Shown one piece after another: positions 46,501 through 53,904 of a stretch of 64,000 bases of DNA. The stretch is from an uncultured Actinomycetes bacterium. GTDB taxonomy: Bacteria; Actinomycetota; Acidimicrobiia; Acidimicrobiales; JACCXE01. The DNA is taken from contig OY970363.1 in assembly GCA_963718605.1 (NCBI GenBank), positions 3,011,239 to 3,075,238 on the forward strand, in the 5' to 3' direction. Below the pieces are notes generated by a model. It made no database searches. It saw only the letters and a list, made by a program, of their open reading frames with translations, and was not told the DNA's origin. The position numbers and the translations under genes are program-made. Numbering within the stretch: position 1 is the first letter of the stretch; each line of letters starts with the position of its first letter.

Positions 46501-47783
46501 TGGTCGCCCAAGGGCACAACGACTGGCGGGCTCGCGGCCGTAAGCGCGTAGAGGCCGACGTCGAAGGTGTCGGCACCGGCACCAGTACCGAGCTGGCCCA
46601 CGATGACGTAGGTGTCGTCGGGCTGGATGGTGAGGCCTTCGAAGGACGTCCGAGCCGCACCCGCGAGGTTTACGGTGCGCGCGCTGGGCCCGCCTGTCCA
46701 TGCCGTGTCAACGGTGAGGCCGGGGGTGATGAAGCGGGTGACGAAGCCGACGGTTGCGCCCGACCGTTGCGCGCGTCCGACCACGATCAGGTTTTGCGCA
46801 CTGTCGAACTTGGCCGCGGTGGCGATGGTGGGCTGGCCGGCGTCACCGAACGTGAAGTCGTTGGTGGCGATATGGGCGCCGTTAATCGTGAGGCGCGTGA
46901 CCGCCGCATCGGTGTCGGTGCCGTTGAATCCCGTTCCCACGGCGTAGATCGTCAAATTGGTCGGGTGGATGGCGATGTCGGTGTACGCGGCATTCGTGTT
47001 GGCACTCGGGTCGATGTAGCGACCCACGCTGCCGAAGCTGCCGTCGAACCCACCTGGATCGACGAATCGTGCGACGGCGGCGCGCTGGCTGCCGCTCAAC
47101 GTCGCCGCACCCGCGACGAGGATTCTGCCGGCTTGGTCGAGCGTCACGCCTTGCACCTGGTTGTCGGTCGCGCCGACGGCCATGTCGAAGATCAGGCCTC
47201 CGCTACCGCCATTGCCAAAGGTGGTGTCGAGCGAGCCGTTGGGGTTGAGTCGCATGAGCAGGCCCTGGCGTGCCGCGGGCGCGGCGCCGTCCTGGACGGT
47301 GCCGACGATCACGATGCGGCCGTTCTTGTCAATCGCCACATCGGTGAACCGAGTCGCCATCGCAGTCGTCGTCGCTCCGTCGAACGGAATGTCGTCGATC
47401 ATCTGGAAGCCGTCGCCGAAGGCGTACGGCGCGCCGGGCGCGAACGAGGGGTCGCGGAAGCCCAGCTCAGCTGTGCCGTCCTGCGCGCTGGTTGGATCGG
47501 CTGGCAAGGTGCGTCCGATGATCCCGTGGTCAGGGGTGTCCTGGGACCAGCCGACGGTGACGATACGTCCCGCGGCGTCGACTACCGCCGCCTGCGCGAT
47601 GTCGATGCCGCCGTAATCCTTCTCGACGGTGCCGTGTATGCCGAACCCGCCGTCGACGTCGCCGACACCGGCCGCCCGAGCAGGCAGGTTGGGGAGGACG
47701 ACCAGAATGGACGCCACGACGGCAGCCACCAGCGTCGCTACGCACGCGCGCGAACGAGAACTACCCCCGAGATGAAACTTCAC
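43569..47783 (-). CDS. secreted delta-60-repeat / TolB-like (PD40) beta-propeller protein with C-terminal Leu-rich deca/icosapeptide repeats
   Basis: GTG 47783 gives the signal peptide MKFHLGGSSRSRACVATLVAAVVASILVVLPNLPARAAG. Delta-60-like units: FGNGGSG..., FGTGGVAVV...DGKIVGVG, FGSGGLV...NGDVVLAG. PD40: DPTFSPDGREIAF, DADWSADGTKIAF, FPAWSADGSKVLF. Confidence 0.75.
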   Translation of the reverse strand: MKFHLGGSSRSRACVATLVAAVVASILVVLPNLPARAAGVGDVDGGFGIHGTVEKDYGGIDIAQAAVVDAAGRIVTVGWSQDTPDHGIIGRTLPADPTSAQDGTAELGFRDPSFAPGAPYAFGDGFQMIDDIPFDGATTTAMATRFTDVAIDKNGRIVIVGTVQDGAAPAARQGLLMRLNPNGSLDTTFGNGGSGGLIFDMAVGATDNQVQGVTLDQAGRILVAGAATLSGSQRAAVARFVDPGGFDGSFGSVGRYIDPSANTNAAYTDIAIHPTNLTIYAVGTGFNGTDTDAAVTRLTINGAHIATNDFTFGDAGQPTIATAAKFDSAQNLIVVGRAQRSGATVGFVTRFITPGLTVDTAWTGGPSARTVNLAGAARTSFEGLTIQPDDTYVIVGQLGTGAGADTFDVGLYALTAASPPVVVPLGDQLSTTGLRRNERVLRHGAAINSNIRDIVTQADGKVVVLGDHIHNVLVRFLTSPVQGTDAGSPVLSYSGDGLEDSFGMSAVHKLVADADQTWLAGERNSSQFVVATQPAAGGAVTSRIDGIPKPGGGNFASSRANSIVHGLSGTLVAAGQSGAGANSQSPTFVRFNADGSLDPTFGTGGVAVVPRTNPYDSADNMVDDVVVNDVAVLPDGKIVGVGFWQTPSGDPQDLYVVRLNADGSLDPTFDASGEYHGSAANAGGTDDLDGVVVNPDGSFVAVGREQTSPGVNEWVVVVRHYAANGALLTVRSTPIDALAVPSGPNSMQVHGAGLGPDGRIYVVGDFGGCTNSSDRAAFALAYKSDAQTLDANFGSGGLVQYCTNNFETGFGIAVAPNGDVVLAGGSGPSAQNASLTRYDSAGHPDMSFGVASAAAYIPSSSTHAQFESVGIRDDGTIVAAGAHKPAASFVGLVAQVVGDPAPTPTDFGPTGRVVFDSNQSGHSELWAIDSSGARLEQVTTSANQPGRSSADPTFSPDGREIAFTSVSDTNAFDANVRKRNAAGAFVDLAGDVTAYEADADWSADGTKIAFVSDGNGPSYGNLGVQPFDIWTMNADGTGKTRITNTADFDQFPAWSADGSKVLFQRSNGGTHDLFYRWMTGPLTGTLVQVTSGIDAYSGSWGPNGEIVFTDATVRAPRTSVCYLLPNDASFTTFHETCSASAPVSNEDANSGVFVPTSDPARPATVQYTVGSSTFNNRLDSINSTDGTLRTIYKPEMGLIGQSDWVENLKVSTSTTAMAASPASIPVGYVPIQSDAAAIKGQFDGAGLPNLTLLKSGLLNLTLLKSGLPFLTLLKSPLPNLTFLKSGLPFLTLLKSPLPNLTFLKSGLPFLTLLKSPVANGLRQTSLAELTLERPGGWQQFNADIPELASSPAQSLTLYDELKALQAHPNHATFRLQELSYQGTPFGQVERDGPDTRLYACEFHH
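43836..44050 (-). repeat. near-perfect 60-nt tandem repeats (about 3.5 units; 30-nt sub-period) encoding GLPFLTLLKSPLPNLTFLKS
   Basis: Units are 43839-43898, 43899-43958 and 43959-44018 plus a half unit. Units 1 and 2 differ at 2 nt. Confidence 0.9.
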
Positions 47784-47907
47784 GTGCCCGCCCCTGTCGT
47801 TGTGCCCGCCCCGGGCAACCCAATCTGGAAAATTTACCGCTCGGACTATGTCGTTCCGTGTGACATTTGGCACACCTCGGCGCCGGGAAGCCAGCCCGGC
47901 GGCGCTG

Positions 47908-50640
47908 TCAGCCTTCGGAGACGCGCGACATGTGGGCGTCTCCTTGGGCCGCGAGAGCCAAAAGTCCGCGTTCGCGGGCGAGTTTGGTGCCGCGGGCGAA
48001 CCAGCGTTCCGCCAGCTCGCGGCGGCCGGCGAGTTCAGCCATACCCGCGACCGTGAAGAGAAGGGAGACGGGCGCTTCTGTGCTGCCGCACTGTTCATAG
48101 GCCACAGTCGCGGCGGCCAACTCCCGTTCGGCTGTTTCGAGGTCGCCACCAACGGCGGCGAGTTGCGCCGCGCCGGATCGGCACTGCCCCACGCCAAACC
48201 ACTGACCGACCGTCTCGAACAGCGTGATGGCTCGATCCAGGTGGTCGACGCAGCCGGCGGCGTCGCCAGCCTGGGCACAAAACTGAGCGAGCGACCCCTC
48301 GGCAATTGCCTCCTCGTTCAACGCCCCCGCGGCCCGCGCGGTTGCGACGGCCTCGGCGTACAGCGATGCGGCGCCCTCGCGGTCACCTTCGTTCAGCGTT
48401 ACGTCGCCCAGGCGAACGAGGGCGCGTGCGGTGCCCGAGCCTTCGCCGATTCGTCGGCCGAGGTCGAGCGCCTCCTCGGCTGCGGCCCGCGCCCCGTCGA
48501 AGTCACCTTCGGCGATCGCGGCGTCAGCGACGAAGGTGTGACAGAACACGCGGAAACCGTCAGCGCCCGCCTCGCGCGCCAACGCGGCGGCCTCCGTATA
48601 GATGGCGCGCGCCTGCTCCCAGTTGCCCGAACCCGCCGCCGCGAACGCGGTGCACGCAATCGCCTGCGCCTCGATCTCGGGGCCGAGTTGCTGGGACCGG
48701 GCCAACGCCACCGCCGATTCCGCGAACGCGCGCGTTCGCGCTTCGTCCCGCGAACCGCTGGCCGCGTTTGCGGCGCTGCACATCGCTTGGGCGCGGAGCG
48801 CGGGCTCGCCGGCGCCGGTCGCCAACAACGCATCGGCCCAGCGGGGGACTGAGTAAAAGCAGTTGCCGCCGACCTCCATCCCGACGATGCCGGTACCGGC
48901 GACGACACGAAGCCCGTCGACCGGGTCGCCGCCGTGCAGCGACCAGTCGATGGCGGCGCGCACGTTGTCCGCTTCGTACGCGACGTCGTGCAGCGACCCG
49001 GCGCCTGAAAACGCCAGCGTTTGCAGCAGGGTCCAGCAGGTGTCGGCGGTCCACCCGAGATGGCGGGCGCGCAGGGTTTCGGTCTCACCCGCGCTTTCGA
49101 GCCGGGTCGCCGCGTACGCCCGGATCGTCTCAAGCATTCCGTACCGGATGGCGCCGTCGCGGTCGTCGACTGTGAGTAGTGAGCGATCAACCAGGGCCGC
49201 GACAAGATCCACGACGTCGAATTCCTCGATCGGATCGAAACCGCAAACCTGCTCGGCGGCGCGAAGGGTGAACCCCCCGGCAAAGACGGCCAGGCGGCGA
49301 AGCATCACGCGCTCGGACTCGCTGAGAAGCTCGTGACTCCAGTCGATCGCCGCTTCCAGGGTTTGCTGACGCGGATCGGCGGTGCGTTCGCCGCCGGTGA
49401 GCAGCCTGAACCGCGCGTCGAGCCGAGCGTCGATCTCCTGCGGGCTGAGGGCGCGCACCCGACGCGCCGCCAACTCGATGGCGAGCGGAAGCCGGTCGAG
49501 GCGGGAACAGATGCTGGCAATCGACGCTTGATTCGTTTCGTCGGCGACGAAGGATGGTCGTGCGTCGGTCGCGCGGGCCACGAACATTTCGACGGCGTCG
49601 TCTAGCGCGAGCGGCTGCACGCGGTGGATCTTCTCGTTGCGAACCCCGAGGGCTTCGCGACTGGTTGCGATGACAGTGAGACCTGGGCAGCGTTCGAGGC
49701 ATTCGGCGGCGAACGCCGCGGCACCGCCTATGACGTGCTCGCAGTTGTCGAGCACCAGCAGCGCGGCGCGTCGTTCGAGCACCGCCACGAGCGATCGGAG
49801 ATCGGCGACCTCCACGCCAACCGCGGCTCCGATCGCCACGGCGACTCGATCTGCATCCGAACCGTGCGGAAGCGGAGCTAGTTCGATCAACGTTCCGCCT
49901 TCGGCCGAGCGGCGTGAGCCCGCCGCCGCGAGCGCCAACGTTGTCTTGCCTACGCCGCCGGGGCCAACGAGCGTCAGGAGTCGGGCACCGGCGCCGAGCG
50001 CACGTTCCACCGCGTCGAGGTCGGCGCTGCGTCCGTGCAGCGACGTCGAAAAGGAACGAAGCGCGGGCCGCTGAATTGTGCGCAGAGGCGGAAAACCTGC
50101 GCCGCCGCCGTCGATCGAAAGCTGATAGAGGCGCCGCTGTCCCTCCAAGTCTTTCAACGCGTGTTCGCCGAGGTCGGTGGTCGTGACCCCATCGGGTATC
50201 TGGCCGGCGATGAGATTGAACGTTGTTTCGGACACCACGATCTGCCCACCGTGACCGGCGCCGCCGATGCGGGCGGCCTCGTGTATCGCCATGCCGGTGT
50301 ACGTGCCGCCGGTGGTCGTGAGCCGAACCGATCCGCTGTGAATGCCCATGCGTACGCGTACATCCGCCTCAACGGGCCAGTCTTGAGCGGCCAGCGCCCG
50401 TTGCGCGTTTGTCGCGGCCCGCACCGCGGCGGCGGCATCTTGAAACGCGACGAGGAACCCGTCGCCCGGACATCCGAACTCAGCACCCCCTTCCGGTTCG
50501 AACGCGGCGCGCAACAAGGCGCGGTGGGTGTCGAGGATCTCGTCGTAGCGCGCTCCCAGGCGGTGAAAGAGCCGGGTCGACCCTTCAATATCGGTAACGA
50601 GGAACGTGACGGTGCCGGTCGGAAGCTCGGTGGCGGCCAC
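47908..50640 (-). CDS. class III cyclase domain + NB-ARC/STAND-type ATPase + TPR protein
   Basis: FLVTDIEGST, PGDGFLVAF, IHEAARI. P-loop LVGPGGVGKTTLAL. TPR-like Ala-rich C-terminus. GTG start at 50640. No HTH seen. Confidence 0.8.
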   Translation of the reverse strand: MAATELPTGTVTFLVTDIEGSTRLFHRLGARYDEILDTHRALLRAAFEPEGGAEFGCPGDGFLVAFQDAAAAVRAATNAQRALAAQDWPVEADVRVRMGIHSGSVRLTTTGGTYTGMAIHEAARIGGAGHGGQIVVSETTFNLIAGQIPDGVTTTDLGEHALKDLEGQRRLYQLSIDGGGAGFPPLRTIQRPALRSFSTSLHGRSADLDAVERALGAGARLLTLVGPGGVGKTTLALAAAGSRRSAEGGTLIELAPLPHGSDADRVAVAIGAAVGVEVADLRSLVAVLERRAALLVLDNCEHVIGGAAAFAAECLERCPGLTVIATSREALGVRNEKIHRVQPLALDDAVEMFVARATDARPSFVADETNQASIASICSRLDRLPLAIELAARRVRALSPQEIDARLDARFRLLTGGERTADPRQQTLEAAIDWSHELLSESERVMLRRLAVFAGGFTLRAAEQVCGFDPIEEFDVVDLVAALVDRSLLTVDDRDGAIRYGMLETIRAYAATRLESAGETETLRARHLGWTADTCWTLLQTLAFSGAGSLHDVAYEADNVRAAIDWSLHGGDPVDGLRVVAGTGIVGMEVGGNCFYSVPRWADALLATGAGEPALRAQAMCSAANAASGSRDEARTRAFAESAVALARSQQLGPEIEAQAIACTAFAAAGSGNWEQARAIYTEAAALAREAGADGFRVFCHTFVADAAIAEGDFDGARAAAEEALDLGRRIGEGSGTARALVRLGDVTLNEGDREGAASLYAEAVATARAAGALNEEAIAEGSLAQFCAQAGDAAGCVDHLDRAITLFETVGQWFGVGQCRSGAAQLAAVGGDLETAERELAAATVAYEQCGSTEAPVSLLFTVAGMAELAGRRELAERWFARGTKLARERGLLALAAQGDAHMSRVSEG

Positions 50641-50726
50641 CTGCGAACGGTAGATCAGCGCCTACCCGCCGCGGACGCTCCGCGTGACAGGGTTTCGCTA
50701 CGAACCGTTCTGGAGATGACCATCAC

Positions 50727-51548
50727 ATGGCTACGAAACAGCGAACCGTCCTCACGACCGGCGCGAACTCCGGCATTGGGTTGGCCACGACCATCGAAGC
50801 GGCTCGACGCGGCCACCGCTCCGTCGGCACGGTGCGCTCCGACGACAAGGCCAAGGTCGTCCACGCAGCAGCCGCGGAGGCCGGCGTCGAGGTCGAGACC
50901 GCCATTCTCGACGTCACCGACGCGGCCACCGCCGTGCAGGTGGTCGACGAGATCCGTCCCGATGCGCTGGTGAACAACGCGGGGTTTTCGATCACGGGCG
51001 CGATCGAGGACGTCACTGATGACGAGGCGCGGTTCGCGTTCGAGACGATGGTGCTCGCGCCGATGCGCCTTGCGCGGCTCGCGGTGCCCCACATGCGCGA
51101 GCGCCGGTGGGGGCGCATCATCAATGTGTCCTCTATATATGGGCGCACCACGACGCCGCTTACGGGTTGGTACCAGGGCTGTAAGCACGCCCTCGAAGGT
51201 TTGTCGGACGCGCTGCGTATGGAGGTCGCGCGCGACAGCATCAAAGTGGTGCTGGTCGAGCCGGGCGGATTCAAGACGGGTATCTGGGCCGAGACCGAAC
51301 GAGAGGTCGAGAAACGCTCCGGATCGCGTTTCGACTCGAACTACAGCCGCACGCTGTCGACCACGAAGCTGATGCAGCCGCTGATGGGCCAGCCCGCGCA
51401 CTGCGGCGCCGTGATCCTCGATGCGATCGAAGGCAATCCACGGGCGCGTTACCTCGTCGGCATCGACGCGCAGGCGCTCAGTCTCATGGAGAACTTCACG
51501 CCGACGGCGATCAAAGATCGCGTCACGCGCTTCACCCTCGGCCTCTAG
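50727..51548 (+). CDS. SDR family oxidoreductase
   Basis: TGANSGIGLA, NNAG, SSIYG...YQGCK. Confidence 0.8.
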   Translation: MATKQRTVLTTGANSGIGLATTIEAARRGHRSVGTVRSDDKAKVVHAAAAEAGVEVETAILDVTDAATAVQVVDEIRPDALVNNAGFSITGAIEDVTDDEARFAFETMVLAPMRLARLAVPHMRERRWGRIINVSSIYGRTTTPLTGWYQGCKHALEGLSDALRMEVARDSIKVVLVEPGGFKTGIWAETEREVEKRSGSRFDSNYSRTLSTTKLMQPLMGQPAHCGAVILDAIEGNPRARYLVGIDAQALSLMENFTPTAIKDRVTRFTLGL

Positions 51549-51557
51549 GTTGCAGCG

Positions 51558-52382
51558 ATGCGTTTCGGACTGGATGTTGCCCAACAACGGATGCCGTGGG
51601 ACGAAGTAGTCAGCCGCGTGCAGTTCGCCGAGGAACTCGGCTTCGACGGCGCGTGGGGGTTCGATCACTTCGAGCCGATGTATGGCGAGGGGCCGGGCGA
51701 GATCTTCGAGGGCATGACGACGCTGGCCGCCCTGGCTGGAGCGACGTCGACTATCCGGCTTGGCTTGCTCGTGGCCGGTGTCACGTATCGCAACCCCTCG
51801 GTATTCGCGGCCCAGGCGCTGACGATTGATCACGCCTCGCACGGCCGGCTCGAACTGTCGCTCGGCGCCGCGTGGCACGACAAAGAGCACAACGAATTCG
51901 GGATCCCCTTCCCGTCCACCTCCGAACGTTTCGACCTGCTCGAGGACGCGCTCGAAATCGTGCAGCGGCTCTTCACCGGTGACGTCGTGAGCTACGACGG
52001 CAAGGTCGTGTCGCTCAAGGACGCACAGATGCGCCCGACGCCGGTTCAAACACCGCACCCTCCGATTTGGATCGGTGGCAGCGGTCCGAAGCGCACGCTG
52101 CCACTGGTCGCGAAATACGCCGACGTGTGGCATACATGGGGCACGCCGAACTCGCTGCGTGAAGCGAATGCGCGCGTCGACGAACTCGCGGCCGAAGCGG
52201 GACGCGATCCGAAGGCGATTATCCGCGCCAGCTCGCTGTCGCTCGACGACCTCGACACGGCGCGCAAGCACGCCGCCAAGTGGCGCGACGGCGGCGCCGG
52301 TTACCTCGTGTGCGGATGGCCGGAAGCCGGTCGCACGCAGATCGAGGCCTTCGCCCGCGACGTCATGCCCGAGTTCGCCTAG
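51558..52382 (+). CDS. LLM-class (luciferase-like) F420-dependent oxidoreductase
   Basis: FDGAWGFDHF...TIRLGLLVAGVTYRNP...LELSLGAAWHDKEHNEFGIPFP. Confidence 0.75.
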   Translation: MRFGLDVAQQRMPWDEVVSRVQFAEELGFDGAWGFDHFEPMYGEGPGEIFEGMTTLAALAGATSTIRLGLLVAGVTYRNPSVFAAQALTIDHASHGRLELSLGAAWHDKEHNEFGIPFPSTSERFDLLEDALEIVQRLFTGDVVSYDGKVVSLKDAQMRPTPVQTPHPPIWIGGSGPKRTLPLVAKYADVWHTWGTPNSLREANARVDELAAEAGRDPKAIIRASSLSLDDLDTARKHAAKWRDGGAGYLVCGWPEAGRTQIEAFARDVMPEFA

Positions 52383-53089
52383 GGCGCGGAGTAACCGCCG
52401 TCGACTACGACGGCGGTGCCCGTGGTCCAGCGCGCGGCGTCACTGACTAAATAGTCGTAGGCGCCTACGAGGTCGTCGGGCGCGCCGAGGCCGAGCGGGT
52501 GCTTGCCTGCGATCGTGTCGATGGCTTGTTGCGGCAACTCGCTGTGGATCGCCGACGCGAACGATCCCGGGCACACCGAGTTCACCCGGATCCCGTCCCG
52601 CGCGTATTCGACGGCCGCGACCTTGCCGAGCTGGATCACGGCCGCCTTGGTGGCGCAGTAGGGCGCCGCGTGCGACCACGCGGTGAGGCCAGATACCGAC
52701 GCGGTCAACACGATCGAACCTGATCCCTGCGCCCGCATCACGGGCACCGCGGCTTTGATGCCGTTGACCGCGCCCATCACGTTGATCTGGAAGGCGCGTT
52801 CCCAGTCCTCCGTGGCCAGGTTGTGGATGCGTCCGTTGGGGGACAGGACCCCCGCGTTGCTGATCAGGGCGTCGAGGCGCCCGAAGCGTTCGACGGCGCG
52901 CGCCACCACCGCCTCGACCTGGGCGAAGTCGCTGACGTCGGCGGCAACCGTTTCAACAGTGGAGTCGAGGGCGTCGACATTGATGTCGCTCAGTACGACG
53001 TCGGTGTCGGGCGCGGCCGCGAAGTGACGTGAAAGCGCGCCGCCCAGCGCCCCGCCGGCGCCAGTAATAGCAATGACTCGTCGTGTCAT
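52379..53089 (-). CDS. SDR family oxidoreductase
   Basis: ITGAGGALGGAL, SNAGV, YCATKAAV. ATGA overlap with the upstream SDR gene. Confidence 0.8.
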   Translation of the reverse strand: MTRRVIAITGAGGALGGALSRHFAAAPDTDVVLSDINVDALDSTVETVAADVSDFAQVEAVVARAVERFGRLDALISNAGVLSPNGRIHNLATEDWERAFQINVMGAVNGIKAAVPVMRAQGSGSIVLTASVSGLTAWSHAAPYCATKAAVIQLGKVAAVEYARDGIRVNSVCPGSFASAIHSELPQQAIDTIAGKHPLGLGAPDDLVGAYDYLVSDAARWTTGTAVVVDGGYSAP

Positions 53090-53865
53090 ACGAGCAGGTA
53101 TCCGCCGTCGACGTTGAGCACGGTGCCGGTAACGAAGGCCGAGGCGTCAGACGCGAGGAATTGGTACGCGCCGGCGAGGTCGTTGGCGTGACCCCATCGT
53201 TGTTGCGCGGTGTGGCCGAGCACCTTGGCTTCCAGCTTCGGGTTCGCCTTCCAGCCGTCGGCCAACGGCGAGTCGAACCAACCGGGTGCCACGACGTTGA
53301 CCGTGATGCCGTTCGGCGCCAGTTCGACCGCGAGGCCTTTTGCCAGGCCGACAAGCCCGGCCTTCGACGCGCTGTACGCACTCAGGCCCTTGGCCGGTCG
53401 CTCGCCGAGCACCGACCCGGTGAAGATCAAGCGACCGCCGTCGGTCATAACGCGGGCGGCGGCACAAGCGCCGAGGAATGCGCCGGTGAGGTTGACGTCA
53501 AGCACCTGTCGCCACACTGCCGGGGCCGTCTTCAGGGCGGGGGCCACGACCGGCGAAATGCCGGCGTTGCCGATCCACACGTCGAGGCCGCCCCACTCCG
53601 CGACAACCGCGTCGGCGACCGCGTCGTTGAACGCGGCGTCGGTGACGTCGCCGCTGCACACGAGGGACGGGGCCGGCAGTTCCTGCGCCACCTCTTTCAA
53701 CTCGGCTTCGGTGCGCGAGACGAGGGCGACCTTCGATCCGGCTTGTGCGAACGCGTGGGCGAGCAACCGACCGAGGCCGCGGCCGGCGCCGGTGATCACC
53801 ACGCGCTTGCCTTCGACGTCGCCGCCGCGCGGCAGCGACGGCGGGATCGCGATGTCTTCCGTCAT
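53086..53865 (-). CDS. SDR family oxidoreductase
   Basis: ITGAGRGLGRLLA, GNAGI, YSASKAGL. Start ATG 53865 (MTEDI) is preferred over 53877. Confidence 0.8.
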   Translation of the reverse strand: MTEDIAIPPSLPRGGDVEGKRVVITGAGRGLGRLLAHAFAQAGSKVALVSRTEAELKEVAQELPAPSLVCSGDVTDAAFNDAVADAVVAEWGGLDVWIGNAGISPVVAPALKTAPAVWRQVLDVNLTGAFLGACAAARVMTDGGRLIFTGSVLGERPAKGLSAYSASKAGLVGLAKGLAVELAPNGITVNVVAPGWFDSPLADGWKANPKLEAKVLGHTAQQRWGHANDLAGAYQFLASDASAFVTGTVLNVDGGYLLV

Positions 53866-53875
53866 TGAACGCTCC

Positions 53876-53895
53876 ATTGTACCGACCAGTACAAT
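53876..53895. promoter_or_regulatory. 20-bp palindromic operator-like site ATTGTACCGA-CCAGTACAAT
   Basis: It lies in the 39-nt divergent intergenic region SDR(-)/E1(+). Same motif as at 57022-57041. Confidence 0.5.
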
Positions 53896-53904
53896 ACCGA
53901 CTTC

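Noticed and set aside
47784-48305. N-terminal 174-codon extension of ORF 43569-48305
   Set aside because: The extension is Arg/Pro/Ala-rich, overlaps the 3' end of gene 47908-50640 in another frame, and precedes a textbook signal peptide that starts at GTG 47783.
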